The notes under the pieces: generated by a model
The model's input: the letters and a program-made list of their open reading frames with translations, nothing else
Told to the model about the DNA's origin: nothing
Database searches by the model: none
Position numbers and translations under genes: made by a program
Assembly: GCF_036365525.1 (NCBI RefSeq)
Contig: NC_090416.1
Span: 16,774,945 to 16,821,350 of the forward strand
Direction: 5' to 3'
DNA from: Heterodontus francisci
Lineage: Eukaryota
Length of the DNA: 46,406 nucleotides
Part shown: piece by piece, positions 23,901-36,591 of the stretch
How positions within the stretch are numbered: position 1 is the stretch's first letter
Layout: every line of letters starts with the position of its first letter

Positions 23901-24391
23901 AAATACAGTTCCCATTAACTGATGGTACAAGGGCTAGGAGACACAGATTGAACGTTTTGGGCAAGAGATACAGGGGAGAGGGGGGTGGGGGGATGTGAGG
24001 AAGAAATTATTTATTTTTAAATGCAGTGAGTGACAATGACCTGGAACTCACTGCCTACCAGAGTGGTGGAAGCGGGAGACAATGATTTCAGTAACACTTG
24101 AAGGAAATAAATTCGCAGGGGGCCACGGGGGAGTGGGACTGACTGGATTGCACTACGGGGAGCTGTCATGGATCCGAGGGGCCGAATAACCTCCTTCTGC
24201 GCCAGAAATAAAATCGAAGACGTTTAAAATAGTTAACTCTGCTTGAATATTTTTTATTAAATCTGCCCAAAAGAAAAATCCTCAAATCGCCAATATTCGT
24301 ACAGTAAACCACTGACTTGCACCAATATCCACCTCAACTCACCCCCAAACCCCCACAAAAAAATAACAGAGCAATTTGAATTCATGTCATC

Positions 24392-24397
24392 TTTATT
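24392..24397 (-). terminator. Polyadenylation signal, cluster 2
   Basis: AATAAA at the same offset from the C stop as in cluster 1. Confidence 0.75.
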
Positions 24398-24726
24398 AAA
24401 ACAGCCACACACAGAGAGATACACTTTTCAATTCTAACAAATGGTACTACTGAGAGAAAGGAGAGAGGGAGCAGAACCCATCCAGCTCCAAATGGGAATG
24501 TACTCCCGGGATAGGTGGTCCTGATATTCACTGTCACCCACCTGCGCCCCCCAGTTAAAATTGGATCCAAAATTGGATCGTTAAACTGCGATTGAAGTGA
24601 CTGTTTCAACATCGTTGGCCACATTTGCTACAGTGATTACATTGTAAAACAACAACAACAACATTCCACATATTGAATAATATTTCATCAGCAATAAATC
24701 AAACTCTAAACCCCAGTTGCCCCCTC

Positions 24727-25055
24727 TCAGTCGGAACAAGCGGTGGAGCTGATGGTTTTGAGGAGAGGTGAGCTCAGAGAGCCGTGGTCCACACTGCAGG
24801 TATAGCTGGAGCCCTTATTCCAGGCAGTGGCGGGGACTCTCAGGTAACTGCTCAGGCTGTAGCTTTGATCACTGTCCGTGGACACAGTGCCTGTGGTCAC
24901 CCCGCTGTCTGTCTCTTTATCATCCACTCTCCAGAGAACCCGCACGAAACCCGGCTTAAAGCGGCTCACCAGGCAGGACAGAGTAGCCCATCCGGAGTCT
25001 ATTTCTTCCGAGGAAGGAGGGAGCAGGAGAACTGATGGTTTCCGATCCTCACTAC
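24727..25055 (-). CDS. Ig light-chain constant exon, cluster 2
   Basis: Protein identical to cluster 1 C; intact acceptor and stop. Confidence 0.96.
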
Positions 25056-26385
25056 CTGTGTGTGTGAGAGACAGGGTGGAAGAAAGGAATCTCACTGTTA
25101 GTATCAATCATTTTTTCTAAAAGGCACATCCAGAATTAGTAACACAGACTATAATTTAAAACAAACATTTAACTTGACTTCAGACTTAGGTAGAGACAGT
25201 AAATAATATAATAGCCTGAGTGTTTCCAGCACTCGATTTCAGATTTCCAGCATCTGCAGGATTTTGCTTTGATTGGATTAAAATTAAATATTTAGTCCAA
25301 TCTTAACTCCCTGTCAATTGAGAGCTGGACTTGTACATGGATTCGAGACATTCAGATAAATTAATTAACTGAATATTAAATACAACAGACAATATCGAAT
25401 TGTTTAAAATTCAGGGGCAGATTAAAATCAAAAGTTTAAAAATTGAGGAAGTTTCACATTTCGGATAGGCTGTACTGGAGGTCTTATGGAGGTGCTCGGA
25501 GTATGTATTGGGAGTAACTCAACCTCCCAGATCCACACTCAGAGTTCGGTGATCATCTCACCAGGAAAAATTCTTTATTTAAATAAAAAAGGTTTTAAAA
25601 GTAATAAAGTTCGGGGCGGTTTCCATTTAGAAAGTAGGTTAGACACTTCACATGAAGGAATGACAGCCGGAAGGAGGGGGCTGGGAAGGGAGACAGGGGG
25701 TCGGGGCTAGTGGGACCGGGTGCATTAGGAACAGACAAGATGGGGGTGCGCAGAATGAGGCCATTCGGTCCATCGAGTCCGTGCCGCAGCCTAATCCACC
25801 TCCCAACTTTGGGAGTCTTTTTTTGAGGTGGGGGACGGGGTGCTAGTGTCAAACTCGACCCCCTTTGAGTGTGAGTAAAATTCCTGTTTGTAAATCTTCC
25901 AGCAACACCCGGGGCAGGCTCGCTATTTATACAACAGTGCAGCGAATAGACGGAGAAGTCCACACCTGCACACTGCAGACCTGGCCGAACAGACTCGAGG
26001 GGCTGAATGGCCTTTCTCCCCTGTTCATTCTGCATTTTTTTTTGCCAATGGAGTTTTTCCTCGGTTCTGAGGAAAGGTCAGAGACCCGAAACTGTTCACC
26101 GTTTCTCCCTCTCTCTCCGCAGAGGCTGCCCAGACCTGCTGAGTATTTCCAGCATCTTCTGTTTTTTTTATTTCAGATTTCCAGCATCCGCAATTGTTTT
26201 GCTGCTATTTTAGTGTTTATTTTTCTACCCTCCAGAATCCAAATTCCCAGCACTGAATCAGTGGACAGAAAAATAAAAATCTGACCCAATTTTTTTTCAC
26301 CGTTATCAGGGCAGATCCGATTCTGCAACAATAAATGAATAAATAATTGAAACAATATGAATGATAGGATGAGGGAATTACTTAC

Positions 26386-26422
26386 TCCGTAAACTCAGGG
26401 CGGTCCCAGGTCCGAAGGTAAA
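26386..26422 (-). CDS. J segment, cluster 2
   Basis: FTFGPGTALSLR, GTAAGT donor. Confidence 0.96.
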
Positions 26423-26461
26423 CACAGTGCAGTGTTTTAATGGGACGGGTCACCTAAAACC
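26423..26461 (+). other. J 23-RSS, cluster 2
   Basis: CACAGTG-23-CCTAAAACC. Confidence 0.92.
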
Positions 26462-26775
26462 CAGGCTGGGAAGAAAGAGGGAAAATATTAATAATCTGTC
26501 CTTTATCACATTCCCTTTCACATTCTGCCTTTCACAGGGGCCGGAATGCTGAGAGTCTGGAGAAAGATTTTCACATATCAGTGAGGAAACCTTGAGAATA
26601 TCAGTGTTTACCTACCCAGCTAATAGCCCAAATATTGGGGAAAATCCAAATAAACCCATGGAATTCCAGTGAGATTTTCCACAAGTTACATATGGAATAT
26701 TTCTGAAACTCATTCCACAATCTCAGGCAGGAATATTTCAGTAGCTGTTGGAATTCTGAGTGGTTCTGTTGGTGC

Positions 26776-26803
26776 AGTTTTTGTATTGCCCTGTCTCACT
26801 GTG
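26776..26803 (-). other. V 12-RSS, cluster 2
   Basis: CACAGTG-12-ACAAAAACT. Confidence 0.96.
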
Positions 26804-27132
26804 TATGTAGCCTGCTGAGCTATCCCAGGCAGCACAGGAATAGACGGCGGAGTCTCCCGGTTCCAAGCTGCCGATGGTCAGAATGTGACTGTTACTGGAG
26901 GTGTCTCTGGAAGGTTTAAAACGGTCCGTGAAACCGGTGCCTCGATAGATGTCACCATCTGTATAGTGGTATAACACGAACACCGGAGCCTCCCCGGGTC
27001 TCTGTCGGTACCAGCTCATGTAGTAACTGCCCACATTGCCGTTCTGCATCGCACACTTTAACTCGGAGGTCTCACCGGCGGAGACTGGGTCTGAAATTGG
27101 GGTCTGATTGAGGACAGGAACCGCCAGAACAC
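26804..27132 (-). CDS. V exon, cluster 2 (distinct sequence; YSC in FR3)
   Basis: ...YYMSWYRQRPGEAPVFVLYHYTDGDIYRG...AVYSCAAWDSSAGYI; 329 nt. Confidence 0.95.
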
Positions 27133-27293
27133 CTTCAACACAAACCACAAGAGAAAAAAAACACATTCAGTTTATTGGAGCAAAAAAACACACTGATAAA
27201 TAAACAGGCTGGGCTACCAAATCCCTTTGCTTCCTAATCTAATGGTTTACAAATGAATAATTGAGTAACGTTCTGTTAACATAAGTCTCTCAC

Positions 27294-27342
27294 CTGTTAA
27301 ATGGAGTAGCAGGGTCCCCAGGAGATACATTACTGCAGCCAT
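27294..27342 (-). CDS. Leader exon, cluster 2
   Basis: Same 49-nt leader with GTGAGA donor. Confidence 0.9.
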
Positions 27343-27449
27343 TCCCTCCGGGGGGGAAAAAAACCCGTGAAGAATTAGAGAGCAGTGTTTTACTGTAATT
27401 CCAGAAAGTGGATCCAGTTACAGTGCCGGACAAGGTGAGACCAGTATCT

Positions 27450-27472
27450 ATTATATGAACCTGTATGCAAAT
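27450..27472 (-). promoter_or_regulatory. Octamer + TATA promoter, cluster 2
   Basis: ATTTGCAT 27472-27465; TATAAT 27455-27450. Confidence 0.88.
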
Positions 27473-29460
27473 GCAGGGAGGGTTGAGAGGAGCAGGGGCG
27501 GCGGGGGGGGGGGGGGGGGGGAGGGGGGGGGGGGGGACCAGACCAGATTTTTTTCATTGAGCCTCGATTGGTCCCCAATTAAACATTTCCATGTATTTAT
27601 TTCCACCGAGTTGAAGGTTAATTCACAATAATTTCTGATTTTAACCCCCCCCCCCCCTTTCTCATGTCAAGAGTGTGAGATTTAAAAGAACAACTGTAGA
27701 AATTGCACATTTTATCCCAGATGGTCAGAGACAAAAGCCCTTCAGAATCCAGTGCCTTGAATTCATCCAGAACAAGTTTAACCCAGCGATCGTTAAGGAT
27801 TTGTTTTTTTTAATATTTGGGTCTGCAATGTGTACTTAAACACATATCTTTATATCCAACACGCTGGTGTTTGAAACAAAGCAGTTCATTGGGAGGATTG
27901 GAATGGAAGAGATTGACTGGACTGCTTCTCTCAGCTGCTCTTTTTTCCTATCCGCCACTGTACAAGTGCACTGCTTGTCCTGGCGTTTGAGCCGAGTGTA
28001 GGGTCAAAACACTCGTTTCTCACTCAGGCCGACGTTCAGAAACAGCCAGAATGAACTCCAATATCCGTTTTAATTGGTAATGCAACGAGGAGTGAGATTC
28101 TGACCGGGCAAGCTGACTGCTCGGCTAGTTTCTGTGTTGTGTCCGGATCCTGTGTTCAGTCCAGTTTCAATGAAATGTGTTTTCCTGCTGCAACAGTTCC
28201 TGCCCTGACTTTTTTTTGTTGCAACTAAACCACATGTATCGGAACCTCAGTCCCAGGCATACATTTGTTTTAACATTCCATTTCAGATGTTTTATGTCAA
28301 TCACTCGATGCCAAGGGAAAACTTGCAACAAGTTGCTCGTGAGAGGAGTTAGTTTCTTTAAAATGAATATTTTCTATCTTTATTTTAAATTCACTTCATG
28401 GGATATGGGCATCACTTGGCCCTGCCCGCATTTATTGTCCATCCCTCATTGCCGTTGAGAAGGTGGTGGTGGAGCCGCCTTCTTGAACTGCTCCAGTGCA
28501 GTGGTTTTTGTACAACAGAACTGAGGGCAGTTAAGAGTCAACCACATTGCCGTGGGTCTGGAGTCACATGTAGGCCAGACCAGGTGAGGACGGCAGATTT
28601 CCTTCCCTAAAAGGACATTTGTGAAACAGATGGTTTTTTGTTAATGAACATTCAATGGTAGTTTTATGGTCACCATTACTGAGACTAGGTTTCAATTCCA
28701 ATTTCTTTTAATTAATTAGTTGAATTTAAATTCCATGGTGGGATTTGAACACGTGTCTCCAGAGCATTATCCTGGGCCTCTGGATTAGTAATATCTAGTG
28801 ACATTACTACAACGCCACCTTGTGATGGATCAATATTAATTCTAGAAATGTGATAGGATTTGAGCCAGTGAAAGGGGGAGGGTAGGAAGAAGAACAGCAG
28901 GGAAGGTCTGTGACAGGGGTGGAGGGCAGGAAAGATTAGATGACAAAAAGGGTTTCAAGGTGCAAAGCCAAAGGGAGTGGTAATGAAAGATGTGTCTGGA
29001 GGAGGTGTGAATGGCAGGTACTGAACACAAGGTAAAGGAAATAAGAGGTAAACAAGAGAGATAAAATAACAAATCAGCAGAAAAAAAGGGAAACAAAAAT
29101 GAGGGCAGGGGGGTTACAAACTAAAATTGTAGAATTCAGTGTTGAGTCCGGAAGGCTGTAGAGTGCCCAGCCGAAAGATGAGGTGCTGTTCCTGGAGTTA
29201 GTCTCCTAATACTGACATGTTCAGTCAAGTCAGTGTCGACTAGCTGCCCCCTAGACAGAGAATTTGACCCCTCCCCCATTAAAATTCCGTTTCTGATTGG
29301 TCTCCACAGCAGAAACAGACCCACCTCCCTCCCCTCCCACCAGGCAGATTCTCTGGGTCATTTTCAACTAACCCTAACCTGCATTAATATAGAGACCTCA
29401 GGGTGTCCTAAAGACAGACAAATAAACACCTGTTTTGAAGTTTTGTCATTGTAACATCGT

Positions 29461-29622
29461 AACCCAATGCACAATGGAAATAAATATTTGGAAATGTTTA
29501 ATCAGGGACAAATATATTTTTAATAAAGTGTTTTCCCCTGCTCCCCTTGACCCCCTCCCTGTATTTGCATATTGACTAATATATAGATACTAGTCTTCTC
29601 CGGGTTCCCGGAGTGACAGTAA
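29461..29622 (+). promoter_or_regulatory. Inverted orphan Ig promoter copy, unit 2
   Basis: TGGAAATAAATA..TGGAAATGTTTAAT..GGGAC.AATA, CCCCTGCTCC, octamer 29563-29570, TATATA. Confidence 0.7.
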
Positions 29623-30023
29623 TCTTGTTGAAGTGAAAGCACAATTGCTAAATGTGTGAGAAGCTGAACTCAGCTTTGCCCATGTAGTTGAATGGAGAGT
29701 GCATTTATGTAGTTAAATGGAGTCATCCACGTATGTAGTTAAATGGAGTCATCCACGTATGTAGTTAAATGGAGTGGGCCAGTGTGTAGTAAAATGGGGT
29801 TGTGCACATGTCTAATGGAAAGCAGTTCAGCACCTCTAGGTTCATAGAATCTCTCACTTTGCACGGCAGGTGTCTCATGGCTGCAGCTTTGCCCAGGGAG
29901 CCTACCCGGTTCACACAGGATAGGCCAGGTGTTAAAGCAAGAGCATTTGGTGCTGCCTATTGAAGCTTGCACAGCGGTTAAAGGAAAATACAATTAAAGT
30001 TCACAAGATGGGAATCTTGTAAA

Positions 30024-30580
30024 GTGTCAGCCATGGCCTCGTGGGTTCAAGTCCCAATCCAGAGACTTGAGCACAAAAAACAGTCTCACATTCCCCGTGT
30101 AGTACTGAGGGAGCGCTGCACTGTCGGAGGGTCAGTACTGAGGGACTGCGGCACTGTCTGAGGGTCAGTACTGAGGGAGTGCTGCACTGTCGGAGGGTCA
30201 GTACTGAGGGAAAGCTGTATTGTCGGAGGGTCAGTACTGAGGGAGTGCTGCACTGTCAGAGGGTCAGTACTGAGAGAGTGCTGCACTGTCAGAGGGTCAG
30301 TACTGAGGGAGTGCTGCACTGTCTGAGGTGCTATCTTCACAAGTCCCCCTCAGGTGGACATTATCGATCCCATGACTCGATTTGAAGGAGAGCAGGTGTC
30401 CTGGACAATATATATTCCAACATTAACACCTAAAACTGTAACTGGTCATTATCACGTTGCTATTTGTGGGAGCTTGCTGTGTAAATGACTGTCAGATTTC
30501 CTGCATTTCAACAGTGACTACACTTCAAAACACACTTCAAAAGTACGTCATTAGATGTAAACCACTTTGGGGCTGCCTAG
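30024..30580 (+). mobile_element. DeuSINE with 33-bp minisatellite (7 copies), unit 2
   Basis: Paralogue of 13971-14530. Confidence 0.7.
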
Positions 30581-30816
30581 TGATCAGACCTCTCTGTCTC
30601 TCCATCTGTCTTTCTNNNNNNNNNNNNNNNNNNNNNNNNNNNNNNNNNNNNNNNNNNNNNNNNNNNNNNNNNNNNNNNNNNNNNNNNNNNNNNNNNNNNN
30701 NNNNNNNNNNNNNNNNNNNNNNNNNNNNNNNNNNNNNNNNNNNNNNNNNNNNNNNNNNNNNNNNNNNNNNNNNNNNNNNNNNNNNNNNNNNNNNNNNNNN
30801 NNNNNNNNNNNNNNNN

Positions 30817-33800
30817 TAGTTCCAGACCGATAAGTTTAAAAAACTTACTTCGGGGATTCTCGCACCAGGCTGGGAGGGCGGAGTTAACCTCGGGAATTTT
30901 CGGAGCAAACTCGGAGATTCTCGGTCAGACTCGGAGGCCGGAGTTAATCTCGTGGATTCTCGGACAGAGTCGGAGGGCGGAGTTTGTGTCGATGGGCCGA
31001 AGGGCCTGTTTCTATGCTGCATCTCTAAATAAAAATAAAAATAAAAAAATAAAATAATATTTATAGTCGAAATCTAGCACTAGGGACCATATCGTTAATT
31101 ATAACAGTTTAGTAAGGATTTAATAAGTATTTATTTTATATTAATTAACTAATTAGTGATAGAAATGTCAGTTAAAGGGGTGAAGTGCTTCACCTGTGAG
31201 ATGTGGGAAGTCCGTGACACTTCCAGCATTCCGGGCGACTCCGCCTGCAGGAAGTTTACCCAGTTGCAGCTCCTCACAGACCACATGGATCGGTTGGAGC
31301 GGCAACTGGATGCACTTAGGAGCATGCAGGTGGCAGAGAGCGTCAAAGACAGGAGTTTTAGAGAAGTGGTTACACCCAATGTGCAGGCAGATAGATGGGT
31401 GACCGCTAGAAGGGGCAGGCAGTCAGTGCAGGAATCCCCTGTGGCTATCCCCCCTCGCTACACCATTTTGGATACTGTTGGGGGGGATGGCCTAGCAGGG
31501 GAAAACTAAAGCAGCAGCCAGAGCAGTGGCACCACACCAATCACTGTTGTTCAGCAGGGAGGGACAAAGCGCAGAAGAGCAATAGTTATCGGGGACTCTA
31601 TAGTCAGGGGCACAGATAGGCGCGTCTGTGGACGTGAAAGAGACTCCAGGATGGTATGTTGCCTACCTGGTGCCAGGGACAAGGATGTCTCTGAATGGAC
31701 AGGGGGTATTCTGAAGGGCGAGGATGCACAGCCAGAGGTTGTGGTACACATCGGTACCAATGACAGAGGCAGGAAGAGTGATGAGGTCCTGCAGGGGGAG
31801 TTTAGGGAGTTAGGTAGTAAGTTAAAAAAACAGGACCTCTAGGGTTGTAATCTCTAGATTAGTCCCTGTGCCACGTGCCAGAGAGGCTAGAAATAGGAAG
31901 ATAGTGCAGCTAAACACGTGGCTGAGCAGCTGGTGTAGAAGGGAGGGTTTCAGATATCTGGACCATTGGGATCTCTTCAGGGACAGATGGGACCTGTACA
32001 AGAAGGACGGGTTGCATCTAAACTGGAGGGGCACTAATATCCTGGCTGCAAAGTTTGCTAGCGTCACTCGGGAGGGTTTAAACTAGTGTGGCAGGGGGGG
32101 TGGGAACCAGAGTCGTGGGACAGCTAGAAAAATAAATTAGGAGGACATAGTAAATAAGGCCAGTAAGACTAAGAGGAAGAGCAGGCAGGAAGATGTTGCT
32201 GAGCACAGCGGGACTGGTGGTCTGAAGTGCATTTCTTTCAATGCGAGAAGTATAGCAGGTAAGGCAGATGAACTTAGAGCTTGGATTAGTACTTGGAAAT
32301 ATGATGTTGTTGCTATTACAGAGACTTGGTTGAGGGAAGGGCAGGATTGGCAGCTAAATGTTCCAGGCTTTAGAAGCTTCAGGCGGGATAGAGGGGGATG
32401 TAAAAGGGATGGGGGAGTTGCATAACTGGTTAAGGAGAATATCACAGCTGTACTGCGGGAGGACACCTCAGAGGGGTCATGCAGCGAGGCAATATGGGTG
32501 GAGCTCAGGAATAGGAAGGGTGCATTCACGATGTTGGGGGTTTACTACAAGCCTCCCAACAGCCAGCGGGAGGTAGAGGACAAGATATGTAGACAGATTT
32601 TGGAAAGATGTAAAGGTAACAGGATTGTGGTGGTGGGTGATTTTAACTTCCCCTATATTGACTGGGACTCACTTAGTGCTAGGGGTTTGGATGGGGCATA
32701 ATTTGTGAGGAGCATCCAGGAAGGCTTCTTGAAGCAGTATGTAGATAGTCCAACTAGGGATAGGGCCATTCTGGACCTGGTATTGGGGAATGAGCCCGGC
32801 CAGGTGGTCGAAGTTTCAGTGGGGGAACATTTCGGGAGCAGTGACCATTATTCCATAAGTTTTAAGGTACTTGTGGATAAGGATAAGAGTAGTCCTCGGG
32901 TGAAGGTGCGAAATTGGGGGAAGGCTAATTATAACAATATTAGGCAGGAATTGAAGAATTTAGATTGGGGGGGCGGCTGTTTGAGGGTAAATCAACATCT
33001 GACATGTGGGAGTCTTTCAAACGTCAGCTGATTAGAATCCAGGACCAGCATGTTCCTGTGAGGAAGAAAGACAAGTTTGGCATGTTTCGGGAAATTTGGA
33101 GAACACTGGATATTGTGAGCCTAGTCAAAAAGAAACGGGAAGCATTTGTAAGGGCTGGAAGGCTAGGAACAGACGAAGCACTTGAGGAATATAAAGACAG
33201 TGGGAAGGAACTTAAGCAAGGAGTTAGGAGGGCTAAAAGGAGTCATAAAAAGTCATTGGCAAACAGGATTAAGGAGAATCCAAAGGCTTTTTATACATAT
33301 ATAAAGAGCAAGAGGGTAACCAGGGAAAGGGTTGGCCCACTCAAGGATAGAGATGGGAATCTATGTGTGGAGCCAGAGGAAATGGGCGAGGTGCTAAATG
33401 AGTACTTTGCATCAGTATTCACAAAAGAGAAGGACTTGGTGGATGATGAGCCTAGGGAAGGGAGTGCAGATAGTCTCAGTCATGTCATTATTAAAAAGGA
33501 GGAGGTGTTGGGTGTCTTGCACAGCATTAAGGTAGATAAGTCCCCAGGGCCTGATGGGATCTACCCTAGAATACTGAGGGAGGCAAGGGAAGAAATTGCT
33601 GGGGCTTGACAGAAATCTTTGCATCATCATTGGCTACAGGTGAGGCCCAAGAGGACTGGAGAAAAGCCAATGTTGTTCCTTTGTTTAAGAAGGGTGGCAA
33701 GGATAATCCAGGAAATTATAGGCCGGTGAGCCTTACGTCAGTGGTAGGTAAATTATTAGAGAGGATTCTTCGGGACAGAATTTACTCCCATTTGGAAACA

Positions 33801-35113
33801 AACGAACTTATTAGTGAGAGACAGCATGGTTTTGTGCAGGGGATGTCATGTCTTACTAATTTGATTGAGTTTTTTGAGGAAGTGACGAAGATGATTGATG
33901 AAGGAAGGGCAGTGGATGTTGTCTATATGGACTTTATTAAAGCCTTTGAGAAGGTCCCGCATGGCAGACTGGTACAAAAGGTAAAGTCACACGGGATCAG
34001 AGGTGAGCTGGCAAGATGGATACAGAACTGGCTCGGTCATAGAAGACAGAGGGTATCAGTGGATGGGTGTTTTTCTGAATGGAGGGATGTGACTAGTGGT
34101 GTTCCGCAGGGATGAGTGCTGGGACCTTTGCTGTTTGTAGTATTATAAATGATTTGGAGGAAAGTGTAGCTGGTCTGATTAGTAAGTTTGCGGACGACAC
34201 AAAGGTTGGTGGAGTTGCGGACAGTGATGAGGATTGTCAGAGGATACAGCAGGATATAGATCGGTTGGAGACTTGGGTGGAGAAATGGCAGACGGAGTTT
34301 AATCCGGACAAATGTGATGTAATGCGTTTTGGAAGGACTAATGCAGGTGGGAGGTATACAGTAAATGGCAGAACCCTTAGGAGTATTGACAGACAGAGAA
34401 ATCTGGGCGTACAGGTCCACAGGTCACTGAAAGTGGCAACGCAGGTGGATAAGGTAGTCAAGAAGGCATACGGCATGCTTGCCATCATTGGTCGGGGCAT
34501 AGAGTATAAAAATTAGCAAGTCATGTTGCAGCTGTACAGAACCTTAGTTAGGCCACACTTAGAATATTGCGTGCAATTCTGGTCGCCACACTACCAGAAG
34601 GACGTGGAGGCTTTGGAGAGGGTACAAAGGAGGTTTACGGATGCTGCCTGGTCTGGAGGGCATTAACTATGAGGAGAGGTTGGAAAAAGTCGGTTTGTTT
34701 TCACTGGAACGACGGAGGTGGAGGGGCGACATGATCGAGGTTTACAAAGTTATATGCGGCATGGACAGAGTGGATAGTCAGAAGCTTTTTCCCAGAGTGG
34801 AAGAGTCAGTTACTAGGGGACATCGGTTTAAGGTGAGAGGGGCAAAGTTTAGAGGGGATGTGCGAGGCAAGTTTTTACACAGAGGGTGGTGAGTGCCTGG
34901 AACTTGCTGCCAGGGGAGGTGGTGGAAGCAGATACGATAGCGACGTTTAAGAGACATCTTGACAAATACTTGAATAGGAATGGAATAGAGGGATATGGGC
35001 CCCGGAAGTGCAGAAGTTGTTAGTTTAGGCAGGCATCAAGATCGGTGCAGGCTTGGAGGGCCGAATGGCCTGTTCCTGTGTGGTACTGTTCTTTGTTCTT
35101 GTTCTTTGTTCTC
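30817..35113 (+). mobile_element. Near full-length CR1 LINE copy C, disabled
   Basis: ORF1 fragments 31156-32086; ORF2 fragments to ~34990; shares several stops and frameshifts with copy A. Confidence 0.95.
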
Positions 35114-35379
35114 TCTGTCTATCTGTCCATCTCTCTGTCTATCTATCTGTCCATCTATCTATCTGACTATCTATCTATCGATTTATCTCTCTGTCCATAT
35201 CTGTCTATCTATGTATCTATCTATCTGTCTATCTATCCACCTGTCCATCTCTCTTGCTCTATCTATTTGTCTGTCTGTTCATCTCTATCTATCTGTCTGT
35301 CCATCTCTGTCTGTCTGTCTGTCTATCCCTCAGTACTGACCCTTTGACAGTGCGGCACTCCCTCAGTACTGACCCTTTG

Positions 35380-36591
35380 GGAACTGAATATTCCAGGGCA
35401 TTTGACAGTTTGGAATGACAGGAAGCAAGGAAAAGGAGGTGGTGTAGTTCAGTTAATAAAGGATGAGATCAGTACAGTAGTGAGAAATGATCTTGGATCA
35501 GAAAATCAAGATGTGGAATCAGTTTGGGTGGAGATATGAAATAGCAAAAATTCATACAGGAGCTGCACTGTAAGACAGAGTATAAATCAAGAAATAATGG
35601 GGGCTTGTAAGGAAAATACTGCAGTAATCCTGGGTGATTTTAATCTTCATATAAATTGGAGTAATCAAACTGGTAAAGTTAGATAGAGGATGAGTTCATG
35701 GAGTGTACTCAGGACAGTTTCTTAGAACAATACATTCTGGAACCAACACGGGAGCAGGATATTTTAGACCTGGTAATGAGTAAGGAGATGGAATTAATTA
35801 ATGACCTCTTAGTAAAGGAAGAATAGAAAAGTAGAATATTATTTACATGGAGAGAGACTGCAGAATGCAGAGGGATCTGCGTGTCCTTGTACATGAATCA
35901 CAAAATGTTAACATGCAGGTACAGCAAGTAATTAGGAAGAGAAATGGAATGTTGGTATTTATTGCAATGGGAATGGAGTATAAAAGTAGGGACATCTTGC
36001 TACAACTGTACCGGGCATTGTTGAGACCGCACCTAGAATACTGCATACAGTTTTGGTCTCCTTATTTAAGGAGGGATATACTTGCATTGGAAGCAGTTCA
36101 GAGAAGGTTCACTTGGCTGATTCCTGGGATGAAGGGATTGTCTGATAAGGAAAGGTTGAGCAGGTTGGGCCTGTTTAGAGTTTAGAAGAATGAGAGGTGA
36201 TCTTATTGAAAAATATAAAGTCCTGAAGGGGCTTAATTGGGTGGATGGTGAGAGGATGTTTCCCCTCGTGGGGGAATCTAGAACTAGGGGGAACAGTTAC
36301 AGAATACGGGGTCTCCCATTAAAGACGGAGATGAGGAGGAATTTCTTCTCTGAGGGTCATTAATCTTTGGAATTCTCTTCCCCAGGGAGCAGTGGAGGCT
36401 GGGTCATTGAATATATTCAAGGCTGAGTTGGAGAGTTTTTTGATCTCCAAGGGAGTTGAGGGTTATGGTGGGGGGCAGACGGGAAAGTGGAGTTAAGGTC
36501 ACAATCAGATCATCCATGATCTTATCGAATGGCGGAACAGGCTCGAGGGGCCGAATGGCCTTCTCCTGTTCTTATTTCTTATGCTTTTATG
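35380..36591 (+). mobile_element. Older internally deleted CR1 fragment, unit 3
   Basis: Paralogue of 3351-4580. Confidence 0.85.

Noticed and set aside
24883-24889. CACAGTG heptamer inside C2/C3 (and at 12101 in the SINE)
   Set aside because: No nonamer at 12 or 23 spacing; C1 has CACGGTG.
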